NCBI RefSeq assembly: GCF_006345805.1
Contig: NC_042997.1
Location: 152,272,001 to 152,336,000 of the forward strand
Direction of reading: 5' to 3'
Source: Octopus sinensis
Lineage: Eukaryota
DNA length: 64,000 nucleotides
Each line of letters starts with the position of its first letter. The stretch's first letter is position 1. Under the pieces are notes generated by a model. The model saw only the letters and a program-made list of their open reading frames with translations. It searched no databases and had not been told where the DNA came from. This document shows, piece after piece, positions 1 through 12,520 of the stretch. The translations under genes and the position numbers were made by a program.

Positions 1-594
1 AAGGATTTTCTATAAAGCTAGATTTTATACATTGAATAATTATGGAGGTCCACTAGAATAAAATAGTAATCAAAGTGGTCCATAGATAAAAAAATGGCTG
101 GAAACCTGATTATCTAATATCTTATTCTTGGCAGTGTCCACATTCCCAAAGGACCATGATTGGTAGCTAAGAATGCTATTTATCATCATATTGGGAAATG
201 ATGTGTTATCTTATACTTTCAAGAATAAAATACTAGATGACAATTGCAGATTATATTAACTAAAATTTTATGTCACTAAAAATACAACCTAAATATGGAG
301 TTTACAGTTCATAAAAATAGAGAAACCTTTAATCTAACAGTGGACAAAAGAACCTATTCTAGTTCTAATGCCACTAGTGGTCGATGTTGGGAAGAAGATT
401 CAGGTGCAGAATTCATGGCTAAAATTGGATCATATTAGCAAGACAGTCTTAATCTGTCTAGGACAGTAACTCAAACCATGACCTGTCCAGCCAATATGAG
501 CACAGACATTGGACATAGGTGAACATTAGAGGATGAATTGCTGGCTGATCTTATATAAAGAGAGAAATAAGGAAAAGCACACCAAAAAACTCAC

Positions 595-690
595 CTTAAC
601 TGTAATAACACCATCCCGGCCAACTTTTTTCATAGCACTGGAGATAATGTCCCCAATGGAACGGTCACCATTAGCAGAAATGGTAGCTAC
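595..690 (-). CDS. HSPD1: HSP60 coding exon 3 ([32 protein letters not shown])
   Basis: GroEL/HSP60 motif; acceptor ctttataaag| at 691, donor AAG|GTGAG at 594; 96 nt, phase 0/0. Later exons lie left of the window. Confidence 0.97.
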
Positions 691-776
691 CTTTATAAAG
701 AAACAAAAATTCAATTTCAGATATAGCAGCATGGATTGAATGCAATTCATTTACTTAACAAAGAAAAATACTGAAT

Positions 777-896
777 ACTTGTCTCCAAAAACAAGTATAA
801 CTGTTATCAACAGCCATTTACTGAATAGGAGTTTTACTTTAGCACCAGTACGAAAATTCAGAGACAAATGGTCCAGAATTGTAGGAAATAAGTGCA
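777..896 (-). ncRNA. Candidate box H/ACA snoRNA in HSP60 intron 3
   Basis: Minus strand. Hairpin 1 (GCAC/GTGC lower stem, AATTC..GAC/GTC..GAATT upper stem); H box AAAGTA (840-835); hairpin 2 (CTCC/GGAG lower, TGGCTGTT/AACAGTTA upper); ACA at 782-780 plus 3 nt. 120 nt long, ending 86 nt before the acceptor. Folded by eye. Confidence 0.6.
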
Positions 897-1315
897 TTTT
901 ATAATATAAGAAAGAACATAGCACACTAAAGCTATATGTTCCTAGTCGTGGTATATGACCTACTTAAGTTACCAACCATATACAAATTCAACTTTTCTGC
1001 CTGCCTATGTTCTCTCTTGTGGGTTTGAGGTAGTTGTGAATTCTTGGCAGAGAAGAAGTAAAGAGACTCTCTTTGTTACAAAATACAAAAAGAAAATGTC
1101 ATGAAGAAAGACAAGAGAGCAATTCAGGAGATCTCATTGAAAGAATAGACAGGAAATTAACTATCGCATTTTATAATGTATGCAATAATTTGCTGTCTTA
1201 TCACTTCTTACCCGTGATACACAAAAATAGCAAGATTGCCAATGCATATTGGCTTAATATTAAAAGTTTGACAGAAGAAACAAGAGACAGAAGATACAAT
1301 ATAAATTTTCCATAC

Positions 1316-1651
1316 CTGAGCAATCTCTTCCGGTGTTGTGACTTGCCTGGACTGGCTCTTTAGTTGCTCTACGACAACATCAACAGCATTCATAACACCG
1401 TGTCTAATTTCTATGGGATTAGCTCCACGACTGATCTTGTCAAACCCTTCTTTGGCAATAGATCGAGCAAGCACTGTAGCTGTTGTAGTGCCATCACCAG
1501 CCTCCTCATTTGTATTGTTGGCAACATCTTGCACCAACTTAGCTCCAATGTTCATAAATTTGTCCTTCAACTCAACAGCCTTGGCAACAGTCACACCGTC
1601 TTTAGTAATCTTAGGGCTTCCCCAGCTCTGTTCAATGATCACATTTCGTCC
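1316..1651 (-). CDS. HSPD1: HSP60 coding exon 2 ([24 protein letters not shown]...[13 protein letters not shown]...PEEIAQ)
   Basis: Contains the chaperonin GDGTTT ATP-binding motif; acceptor ttttgtaag|, donor CAG|GTATGG; 336 nt, phase 0/0. Confidence 0.98.
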
Positions 1652-2234
1652 CTTACAAAAAGAAAAAAAGAAAATATTACAACAACCGTTCCAACCTAAA
1701 CTTATTTATGAGAACCCAACAATATGTCTAACAATATTTGCTGCACAATTCTTAACTCATAAAAGAGGTGTGTTTTGAGTCAGACAAATCTAGGGCAGTA
1801 AATGTAGCCAAAGCAGTGAAACCCCAATATCCATTCAGCTACATGTCTTGCTTTCATGTCTTTCTAGAAAGTAGGTCATTTCTATACTCTGAATGACTGA
1901 AACAAGTAAAAGAGAATTAGGTCAAATTAGTGGCTCCCTGTATAATCTCAAAAGCATCTGTATCTCAATGCTGAACAAATATATCAAAGTGCTTCATGTT
2001 TTTCTTATTGCATTTGCTGTTAAACATCAGCATAAAGTTTACCCAAACACGTCTGCAGCTTCTATCTACCAAATTCTGTCCACACGAAAAACCAGTCCAC
2101 CTGATGTTATGAGAAAACACTTGCTAAGGTGCTAAGTGGAAGTGTGAATCTAAGACAAACATGATTGTGAAGAAAGCTTATGCGAAGAACCACACTAGCA
2201 GCCAACAAAGCTTGTATCTACAAACAATCTTTAA

Positions 2235-2455
2235 CCTTTTAGTATTCAGATTAAACTGTCAAATCTAATGTTTATTTATTCACATCATTTTGAACTAATC
2301 CTGCATTATCTCATAGCTTCATAATTTCAATGATGTGATTTATATATTTTCGGAAAAACACTGTAGGATAGGTGTGAGAGGCTAGTTATAATCAGTTTGA
2401 ACATAAAATAAGTTGTATATGTGGACCAGATTTGGCAGACTTAAATGCTAAATGG
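2235..2455. mobile_element. TTAA-flanked MITE (piggyBac-like), copy in HSP60 intron 2
   Basis: TTAA|CCTTTTAGTATTCAG ... AAATGCTAAATGG|TTAA; same family as 3791, 16298, 19278 and 27059. Confidence 0.75.
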
Positions 2456-2545
2456 TTAATTTAGAAACAGGATCCAACTAATCTAGTAGTAAAAATAGCA
2501 GTAATTTGTACTGCTCAACTTATAAAGGTGAAAAAAAAAAATCTA

Positions 2546-2962
<417 letters not shown>

Positions 2963-3052
2963 TAAATGAAAATCAGAATGTGATTAGTTGAACGTTTATT
3001 ATCACCCAGCTCTGTAATTTAACAAATAGAAGTGTTTAGATTCACACATACG

Positions 3053-3357
3053 TCATCATCATCGTTTAACGTCCGCTTTCCATGCCAGCATGGGTTGGAC
3101 GATTTTGACTAAGGACTAGCGAACCAGATGGCTGCACCAGGCTTCCAATCTTAATCTGGCAGAGTTTCTACAGCTGGATGCCCTACCTAACGCCAACCAC
3201 TCCAAGAGTGTTGTGGGTGCTTTTTACGTGTCACCAGCACGAGGGCCAGTCAGGCGGTACTGGCAATGACCTTGCTCGAATCTTTTTACACATGCCACCA
3301 GCACAGGTGCCAGTAAGGCAATGATGGTAATAATCACGCTTGAATGGTACCTTTTAC
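3053..3357 (-). mobile_element. 3' tail fragment of an RTE-type LINE/SINE family ending in (GAT)n
   Basis: Matches the 3' end of the element at 24510-25390 (...GCATGGAAAGCGGACGTTAAACGATGATGA). Further copies at 7435-7622, 9395-9582 and ~20915-21525. Confidence 0.8.
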
Positions 3358-3790
3358 AAGTAAATACAAGAAACACATTTTTTACTTCATTTCATGGTCA
3401 CTAAAATTTTCACAGTATAAAAGTTCAGTGAGTTAACTTGGTATGAAGAAGAGAAAGACAAGTCTTTATTTCTTCAACGAAAATGTGTGTATGTGTATGT
3501 ATATATACACACACACTCACTCACAAGTGCTACTGGCAACATAGTCTGGTACAACCTACTTATTGCATGATCAGGTTGTCAACAAAGAAAGACCTGTCTG
3601 GTGAGGAGAATTGCAAAAAATTCAATAGCTGGAAAGCAATATCTATTAAAAAAAAGAAACTGATGTACCCAGTGCAGGGTAATATGACTATCAATAACAC
3701 AGTTACTTCAAACTTCCAGTTTGGAATCTGCCATGGCAAAAGAACACTAAGAGTGAAGCAGCCCTTGGCTTTCATTAAAGAAAGCTTGAA

Positions 3791-4010
3791 CCCATTAGCA
3801 TTTAAACAAACCACATCTGGGCCAAATATTCAACCAGTTTTATGCTTAAACTGGCCAGATCTTGCCTCTCACACACACCCAACATTGTTTTTCTAAACAT
3901 AAACAGTCACATAAATAAAATCTGAAAGCTACAAGACAGTACATGTGTAATTCAAACTATCGTGAATATATAAGGATTATAGTTAACAGAATAATCTGAA
4001 TGCTAAAGGG
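3791..4010. mobile_element. TTAA-type MITE (piggyBac-like)
   Basis: CCCATTAGCATT ... AATGCTAAAGGG|TTAA termini; interior matches 16298-16512. Confidence 0.75.
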
Positions 4011-4310
4011 TTAAGAAGGCACCACTGTGTTCACAGCTACACTAGCAGTATAACTGGGCAAGAAGGTGATCTGAGCTCAGTAGCCTTGGAAGGCAGCCAG
4101 ACTAGATCAACTCTTGAACTGCTTCTAAGTGTCTGCAAAGAGAAGACAATACTGACAGTAAATCAGGAGAACTTTGCACCTCCATCAACACCACCAGACC
4201 CTATCCACTCCAAAGACAGTTTGAAGGTGGGCAACAAATGGGTTTTCAGCCACGAAAAGGAGAATATTTACCTACATATATATCCACACACATTTTATGA
4301 AATCACAAAA

Positions 4311-4439
4311 ACATGTCACAAAATTTATGCCTTCACTGTTACAAAGACACAATGAAGGAAAGTGATAGTGTATTTATGTAGCAACAAACAATTATTCCAG
4401 AGAGAAAAACTCAAGAAATATACATAAAAATTGTTGCAA
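4311..4439 (-). ncRNA. Candidate box H/ACA snoRNA, copy B, HSP60 intron 1
   Basis: About 100 nt nearly identical to 2836-2936; H box ACATAA (4379-4374); ACA at 4316-4314; identity with copy A stops 1 nt past the ACA; 129 nt. Confidence 0.72.
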
Positions 4440-7187
4440 TATGTGGATGGAGGGTAAAAAATTATTAGTTGAATACATTAAGACCTGCTTAGATTTACAT
4501 ATATAAACACAATATACAAAACCCATTTGTTCACTTTACATTCACTAAAATATTCAAACTAAACAAATATACATAACAAAATTTGCCTCTTTCTGCTGTA
4601 GTCAAAACTCAGTTAAAGGGGTGAAGTCTTGTGAAGTGCACTATAACTTCACAAGTGCTGGTACCACGAAAAGAAAAAAAAAGGCATTATTCTATAAAGT
4701 GACTGGTTTATGAAATAAAGTAGAAGCTATACCAAAAGAGACGGGAGGGGGGGGACATGATGCAGTCCTTGGTCCTGCCAGATCCCATCAAACCAAGCCA
4801 GTAGAGAACATGGATATTAAAATATGATACACACATGTCAGGTTGCTTACAAGTACTACTGTTACATGAACGACAATGACTATCAGTAGCACAAGAACAT
4901 AGAACCTTTGAATTGGGATCCAACAGGCTATGTAAGACGAGTGAAGTGAAGCAACCCTTATTGCTTGTCAAAGAATGTCTCTAAAAGGAGACACTACTTT
5001 GTACGGCCAAACCGATATAGCTGTTAGTTAAACTGGGCTTCGCAGCTCAGAAAGACAAAAATGAACTTCAGAAACGCAACCACATGTGGATTGTTGGTGA
5101 TTTTTTTTCCTTAGACTTTCCAACGAAGAGCTAAGCTTGAAATGTTAACAACTCTCTCCTTTCACCAAGTGTTAAATTAATATATTGCCTGTGCACATCC
5201 TCACATTTGCTTTTCCTTTCTGCTCTTTAATTACTCATTCTTTGAATTGACTAAGAGAAGGCCAACTAGTACAAGCCCTCACTGCTGTTGGTGCCTGCCA
5301 AGAGAAAGGGAGCCAATCCTAAGGGATTGGTTGCCTAAGGGAGCCAATCCCTTAGGGTAAATCAAGTCAGAAGAGAAATACTCACACCAACCCTCAGGCT
5401 CTATTTATGCCAAAGAGAGCCGGAAGATTCAATGAATGGGGTGTCCTAGAGGATTCTAACCCTGAGTCATGACAATGGGAATATTCATTTACTTTTTAAA
5501 AGGCAAGTAAAAGGAGTTAGTGCCAAGAAGTGCATTCAGCTGTAAGCTACCTAAAAACAGTCCCTTTTAACCAGTGCCAGCATGAAGAAGCAGGTGTCAA
5601 TGATTATCATTCATACCACAAAACTAATTAAGAATTGACGTGAGAAGAGTGAGGTGAGCCAGCAAGAATTAATGTGAATAGTGTTGGATCGGTGAAATGG
5701 AAGATGAAAATGCTGACTTTGTGACTTAGAGGAGTTAGAAGATAAGTGGCAATAAAAGCAAATGAGAGAGCAGGAGATCACTTCACTGCAACTCAGGTCT
5801 ACTCAGCATAAATTAGAGTTCTTTGCATTGTACAAGACCCAGTCACTTTACTGAAATGCAGGATAATTAGTATGCATCAGCATATCTAAATGAATACAAT
5901 TAACACAAGAAAACCAACAGAAAAATTTTGAAGTGGAGGCACATTATTCACATCACAAACTTATGAGGAAAAGGTTGAATGCCACAGCTTGTTCCATTTA
6001 TTCCTACTATAAATCAACTGTGGGAAATGGTTGAGATCAAAGTGAACCTTTCTGAAACATCTAGCTCAATAATAAAGAAATTAAGTTCTTTCTAAACACA
6101 GTCAATAAAATACCATTATTATAGAAACCATGTTATTTGTGTCTGAGCTTTGTTCTGTTTGCAAATTGAGTACACTAAGGGAAGTCCTTATAAAAGGAAG
6201 ACGCAAACACAAGCCTGTTTTTGGAGGGAGCAGGGGACATTAACAAGTAAATGACATAGGCAGGCCACAGACATTGTTACAAGTTACTATGTAAGTTACT
6301 ATACAAAAAACATCACTCATTTCATTCCAAGAAATTAGTGTTACAACAGATTGGACACAAAAGAAGAACCAGTGCAGCAGGCCTAAAGGAGGCCCATCAC
6401 CAGAGATCGAAGAGAATTCAGATACACATGGCTCTATTAGCTTTCTAAACATCACCGTCAGTAAATAAAGCAATTAACATAGACGATTCATGCCATTTAT
6501 TTGTTCAAGTATCTTTTTCCGTTCATAAAAGAATGCTTAGGGTAAAAAAACAGCAGCAAAAGTAAAGAATACGTACAACCTGATGGGTTTTTGTTACGCC
6601 GAAAACGGGTGGTGTATGTATTCTTTACCTCAACCGAAACAGCTTCCAACTGATAACAAAGCCCCTGCGGTTTAAGAGAAAGGGGTGAAGCGATCACTCG
6701 CCTTTACTTTTCCAAGAACATTAGTACCATGTCAAAATAAGGGACATCAACCTCTCAGGGGTTACCACCTACTACAATACAAAACGCACGATGATCGACA
6801 AAAATTGTCACAACAAAACGAGTAAGTTTTTTTTTAACATAGCAACACAATATATTCCAAACGTTCTGTTGTATTTAATGTTTCCCATGCGTATAACTAT
6901 TCTATTATAGAAATAAAATAGCAAATAAATGGGAAGGAAAGCATCAACAGAAGATGCTAAACCTCAAATAAAAGAGATTCATTGTCTCTTACCAGATTAA
7001 TCACCTTCAATCATCTTTCCAGACCACAACTAATACTGTCAGTCCTCAAACTGAAATCTTAATTCAATATGTTAGACATGGTTTTAAAACCATACTGCCA
7101 TTAGGCTGCAAAAATACATGTATTTATAAGCTTAAGACTGCAGAACTGAAGTGAGGACATCTTTCAAGTTAGTAGAACAGTACAGAT

Positions 7188-7350
7188 CAATGGTTCTCAA
7201 CTAGGATCCAGATAAGATTTTGCTGTCAAATTTTACAGGCAATAAATTGGTTATGTTTCTACAATATACAAATTAAACATTTTTTATAGAACTCCTATAG
7301 GAACCAAAGGGGTCCACGGGCAAATAGTTGAAAATAGTTGAGAAACACTG
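7188..7350. mobile_element. hAT-type (Charlie-like) MITE remnant inside the tandem unit; second copy at 9155-9310
   Basis: CAATGGTTCTCAACT ... AGTTGAGAAACACTG termini resemble the intact MITE at 59922-60268. Confidence 0.65.
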
Positions 7351-7909
7351 ATATAAAGATCTAGCAATGCGTAACTTTTATGAAGTCCTGAGAGTTGATC
7401 AATACATCTCAGTAATTTAGTACAGCTCGTTTTTGAGCGTGGCCGTTGCCAGTACCGCCTGACTGGCCCTCTCTCGGGGTTGTTGGCGTTAGGAAGGGCA
7501 TCCAACTGTAGAAACTCTGCCAGATCAAATTGGAGTCTGGTGTAGCCATCTGGTTCGCTAGACCTCAGTCAAATCGTCCAACCCACGCTAGCATGGAAAG
7601 CGAACGTTAAACGATGATGATGTTTTTCGGCTGTAACAAGGAATCCTATTCCAAGGAAACATGATCCTTTATTTTGAATATTGCCAACCTAATGTAATGA
7701 AAATGGAAGTTTATAATTGTTAAATATACTCGAATTATTACTCAACAACTTCCCGTTAGTTTGCTTCAGATTCTCACCATAGGAAAATACTAGATCCATT
7801 CTTAATTGGCAATAAAATTAAGGCAATATTTTAAAAACAGCTAGATCCAACATTTTTAAGATAAGGGGAAATTAGAGTTTTTCCAAATTTTACTTCTAAA
7901 GAGGAACCT

Positions 7910-8179
7910 TTGGGCCACCTTCGACTTCGAACGAATCCCTTCGTTTTTTATGACCTTGCTGTTCCCAAGGTCAACTCTCTTTACCCCCAAAACATTTTTA
8001 TCCTACATAAAAAACCCTATGCCATAAACGTAGAAGATATACAACGAAGGGCCCAGCACTTAAGAGAACTTTTAAATAAAACAACTTTAAGCTTTACATG
8101 TCCCTGCCTACAGAAGACCAAGAGGGAAATATTAAAGGTTTTGAAGATCATAAGCGGAATCTACGACAAAGTTATTTGA
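7910..8179 (+). mobile_element. Decayed CR1/L2-type LINE reverse-transcriptase C-terminal remnant; duplicated at 9870-10139
   Basis: VEDIQRRAQHL...LQKTKREILKVLKIISGIYD resembles the CR1-clade motif xExVQRRATK...LExRRxRGDLIxxxKIxxGxxD. Not a host gene. Confidence 0.6.
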
Positions 8180-11100
8180 AAATATAAGGGAACACAATAA
8201 GAAACATGACAGCAACAAGTGAGAATGAACGAGAGAGTAGTGACTATTTAGAAGAAAGCCCTTCTATAAGATGATGCAATCTGAAAAGATTTATCCACAC
8301 CAGGAATAATATAGAAACAACGAAGACGAAAATACGTAATCGCCGTGACCACTACCAAAAGAAGAACTAGTGCAACAGGCCTAAGGGAGGCCCATCACCA
8401 GGGATCGAAGAGAATTCAGATACACATGGCTCTAATAAAGAATAAAGTTTCTTTGCTTTTTAAACATCACTGTCAGTAAATAAAGCAATTAACAGACGGT
8501 TCATGCCATTTATTTGCTCACGTATCTTTTTCCGTCCATAAAAAAATGCCTAGGGTAAAAAAAAAACAGCGGCAAAAGTAAAGAATACGTACAACCTGAT
8601 GGGTTTTTGTTACGCCGAAAACAAAGCCCCTGCAGTTCAAGAGAAAGGGGCGAAACAATCAGTCGCCTTTACTTTTCCAAGAACATTAGTACCATGTCAA
8701 AAAACGGGACATCGACCTCTCAAGGGTTACCACCTACGACAATACAATACGGACGATGATCATAAAAAAATTGTCACAACAAAACGAGTAAGTTTTTTTT
8801 TTAACATAGCAACACAATATATTCCAAACGTTCTGTTGTATTTAATGTTTCCCATGCGTATAACTATTCTATTATAGAAATAAAATAGCAAATAAATGGG
8901 AAGGAAAGCATCAACAGAAGATGCTAAACCTCAAATAAAAGAGATTCATTGTCTCTTACCAGATTTATCACCTTCAATCATCTTTCCAGACCACAACTAA
9001 TACTGCCAGTCCTCAAACTGAAATCTTAATTCAATATGTTAGACATGGTTTTAAAACCATACTGCCATTAGGCTGCAAAAATACATGTATTTATAAGCTT
9101 AAGATTGCAGAACTGAAGTGAGGACATCTTTCAAGTTAGTAGAACAGTACAGATCAATGGTTCTCAACTAGGATCCAGATAAGATTTTGCTGTCAAAATT
9201 TATGGGCAATAAATTGGTAATGTTTCTACAATATACAAATTAAACATTTTTTATAGAACTCCTATAGGAACCAAAGGGGTCCACAGGCAAAAAATAGTTG
9301 AGAAACACTGATATAAAGATCTAGTAATGCATAACTTTTATGAAGTCCTGAGAGTTGATCAATACATCTCAGTAATTTAGTACAGCTCGTTTTTGAGCGT
9401 GGCCGTTGCCAGTACCGCCTGACTGGCCCTCTCTCGGGGTTGTTGGCGTTAGGAAGGGCATCCAACTGTAGAAACTCTGCCAGATCAAATTGGAGTCTGG
9501 TGTAGCCATCTGGTTCGCCAGACCTCAGTCAAATCGTCCAACCCACGCTAGCATGGAAAGCGAACGTTAAACGATGATGATGTTTTTCAGCTGTAACAAG
9601 GAATCCTATTCCAAGGAAACATGTTCCTTTATTTTGAATATTGCCTACCTAATGTAATGAAAATGGAAGTTTATAATCGTTAAATATATTCGAATTATTA
9701 CTCAATAACTTCCCGTTAGTTTGCTTCAGATTCTCACCATAGAAAAATACTAGATCCATTCTTAATTGGCAATAAAAATAAGGCAATATTTTAAAAACAG
9801 CTAGATCCAACATTTTTAAGATAAGGGGAAATTGGAGTTTTTCCAAATTTTACTTCTAAAGAGGAACCTTTGGGCCACCTTCGACTTCGGACGAATCCCT
9901 TCGGTTTTTATGACCTTGCTGTTCCCAAGGTCAACTCCCTTTACCCCCAAAACATTTTTATCCTACATAAAAGACCCAATGCCATAAACGTAGAAGATAT
10001 ACAACGAAGGGCCCAGCACTTAAGAGAACTTTTAAATAAAACAACTTTAAGCTTTACATGTCCCTGCCTACAGAAGACCAAAAGGGAAATATTAAAGGTT
10101 TTGAAGATCATAAGCGGAATCTACGACAAAGTTATTTGAAAATATAAGGGAACACGATAAGAAACAGGACAGCAACAAGTGCAAATTAACGTAAGGAAAC
10201 ACTACGAGAGAGTAGTGAATATTTAGAAGAGAGCCCTTCCATAAGATGATGCAATCTGAAAAGATTTATCCACTCCAGAAACAACGAAGACGAAAATACA
10301 TAATCGCCGTGACCACTACCAAAAGAAGAACTAGTGTAACAGGCCTAAAGGAGGCCCATCACCAGAGATCGAAGAGAATTCAGATACACATGGCTCTAAT
10401 AAAGAATAAAGTTTCTTTTCTTTCTAAACATCACTGACAGTAAATAAAGCAATTAACATAGACGGTTCATGCCATTTATTTGCTCACGTATCTTTTTCCG
10501 TTCATAAAAAAATGCCTAGAGTAAAAAAACAGCGGCAAAAGTAAAGAATACGTACAACCTGATGGGTTTTTGTTACGCCGAAAACGGGTGGTGTATGTAT
10601 TCTTTACCTCAACTGAAACGGCTTCCAACTGATAACAAAGCCCCTGCAGTTCAAGAGAAAGGGGCGAAACAATCAGTCGCCTTTACTTTTCCAAGAACAT
10701 TAGTACCATGTCAAAAAAACGGGACATCGACCTCTCAGGGGTTACCACCTACTACACGATGATCAACAAAAATTGTCACAACAAAACGAATAAGTTTTTT
10801 TTAACATAGCAACACAATATATTCCAAACGTTCTGTTGTATTTAATGTTTCCCATGCGTATAACTATTCTATTATAAAAAATAAAATAGCAAATAAATGG
10901 GAGTAAACGAGGTAGCAATAATGTCAAATTGAGAAAAAATTTTTAACGATTCAAAAGAAAAAAAAAATCAGGCAACAATTCGCAAATCAGACCGTTAAAG
11001 CCGACTAGAATGTTCGTTCTAGTTATTAACACCACTGATTTATATAAGATGTTGTCATTTCAAGGGCATTGCGAAAGGAGTCAAATTCTGTAGAAAATAC

Positions 11101-11433
11101 CTTAAATATAGAAACCTCCTTAAAATAAAACCTTCGAGGTTAAACGGAAAATGATCAAACGGATATGATGAACTTGAGTCGGGGGAAAATGAAAAGGAAT
11201 GTATGACCTTTTTTTAAGGTCAAAGGTTCGTTTCATAGAGTGAAAAGGGAAAGCAGAAGTTCAATGTCCTTTAAATGTTTCAATATTAAGCCCCACAGAC
11301 TTACAAATAAATTACAATCACGAGCACCAAATTAAAATCTGTAAATGGAAGAGGTGGTTAAGGGTATAGAGACCGGAGTCTACGACCAAGAGACGTCTTC
11401 GTTACTTTTAATTGATGTGCACACACACACACC

Positions 11434-11471
<38 letters not shown>

Positions 11472-12393
11472 GTACACAATAATCTGAACAGAGAGCCTGC
11501 AGAACGTGATATTTGATGGTCCTCCGAGACCAATGAGAATAAAACTATTTATACATTCTGTCCAAAGCTAAGTGGACGGCTACAGGAAAATTGTGAAGGG
11601 AGGGATTCCTGGGTGGCGATTTGTGGGAAGGACAGGGCGTAACTTTATATCAGACGTGATAACTGAATTACGTTGGATATCATCAGATAAGAAACAAAGA
11701 ACCTATTTAAAACAAAATTTATTCACAATAATTACCAGCAACAGTTAGCCACCAAAAGATTTCACTTTGTAATGCATGAACACGTGGATGTAAATAACCA
11801 CGTGGGTTTATATAACGAACATTACATTGTTCATTGAAGCTAAAATTCTAAAAATATTTAAATGTCTTTAGAGATTGCTATTATAAATCAGCAGCAGACA
11901 ATTATTTTCCTTTGAAAAAAAAAAAAATTTTAATGAATGAAATTGGTGAAATACGTTATATTGATTAAGGCAATAAAAAAAATCGGGATATATCAATTGC
12001 ATTAATTTATTACCTATTTTTATTAATTATCAATTTTTATTTTCTGTAATATTTAAAACAAGAAAATCAAAAACTTTTCCATTTCAATTTCTATTATGAG
12101 ATTTGCATGTATCTATGTTGAAAGAAGTGGGTTAAAGAGACCTCCCCTCTTTTCGTTAGCTTCAACACCGGCTTGCCGGCATGGGCTGGAACAGGTGCAC
12201 GATTAATTAACGCCAGGCGAGCTTCATTGCATTATGTTGGACATCCAATTTATGTTCGTTATAAGGCAAATTGAAAAATATTTAAAACTAACTCAAATGA
12301 GCGTCATTATAAAATAAATCATAGACTGAACAAAAACACTTAAGGAGGAGGGCACGTTTAAAGGATAAAGCAGCTCATGATATTTTAACTTAC

Positions 12394-12520
12394 CAAATTA
12401 TTCAGCAGACTGCTGTCTGAGTCGTTTCTCACGGCGAATAACTGATTTTAAGGCCTACACCACTACGCTCCTCCACCGTTAATCAGCTGAACTATTGAAT
12501 ATCCGGTGACACGCAGAAAG
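12394..12520 (-). other. HSPD1: Probable non-coding exon 1 of HSP60 (5' end approximate)
   Basis: Consensus donor TTG|GTAAGT at 12393-12388 at the edge of a CpG-rich island next to the HSEs. Implies a 9.65 kb intron 1 (2740-12393). The TSS is not determinable from sequence. Confidence 0.6.

Larger units (their letters stand above)
6358..10902 (+). repeat. Tandem duplication, ~2.3 copies of a ~1.96-2.0 kb unit
   Basis: Units start at 6358, 8356 and 10320 (CAAAAGAAGAAC). The third copy ends at ~10902. Copies differ by substitutions and indels, including a 51-nt deletion in copy 2. Confidence 0.95.

Noticed and set aside
400-520. Hairpins in HSP60 intron 4 (AGACAG/CTGTCT, TGTCC/GGACA)
   Set aside because: No properly placed H or ACA box.
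533-1778. Plus-strand ORFs of 68-146 aa overlapping the HSP60 exons
   Set aside because: Antisense shadows of the real minus-strand exons.
1790-1900. Possible H/ACA snoRNA in HSP60 intron 2 (ATGTAGC/GCTACAT hairpin ending in ACA)
   Set aside because: The upper stem is weak, the ACA would be paired, and there is no clean first hairpin.
4628-4655. Perfect 10-bp hairpin CTTGTGAAGT/ACTTCACAAG
   Set aside because: No boxes; it adjoins a repeat-like GTGCTGGTACCACG segment; one short stem is not evidence of an RNA gene.
6358-10902. LTR/TRIM interpretation of A-B-A-B-A
   Set aside because: No TG...CA ends, PBS, PPT or TSD seen; the content is mixed transposon debris.
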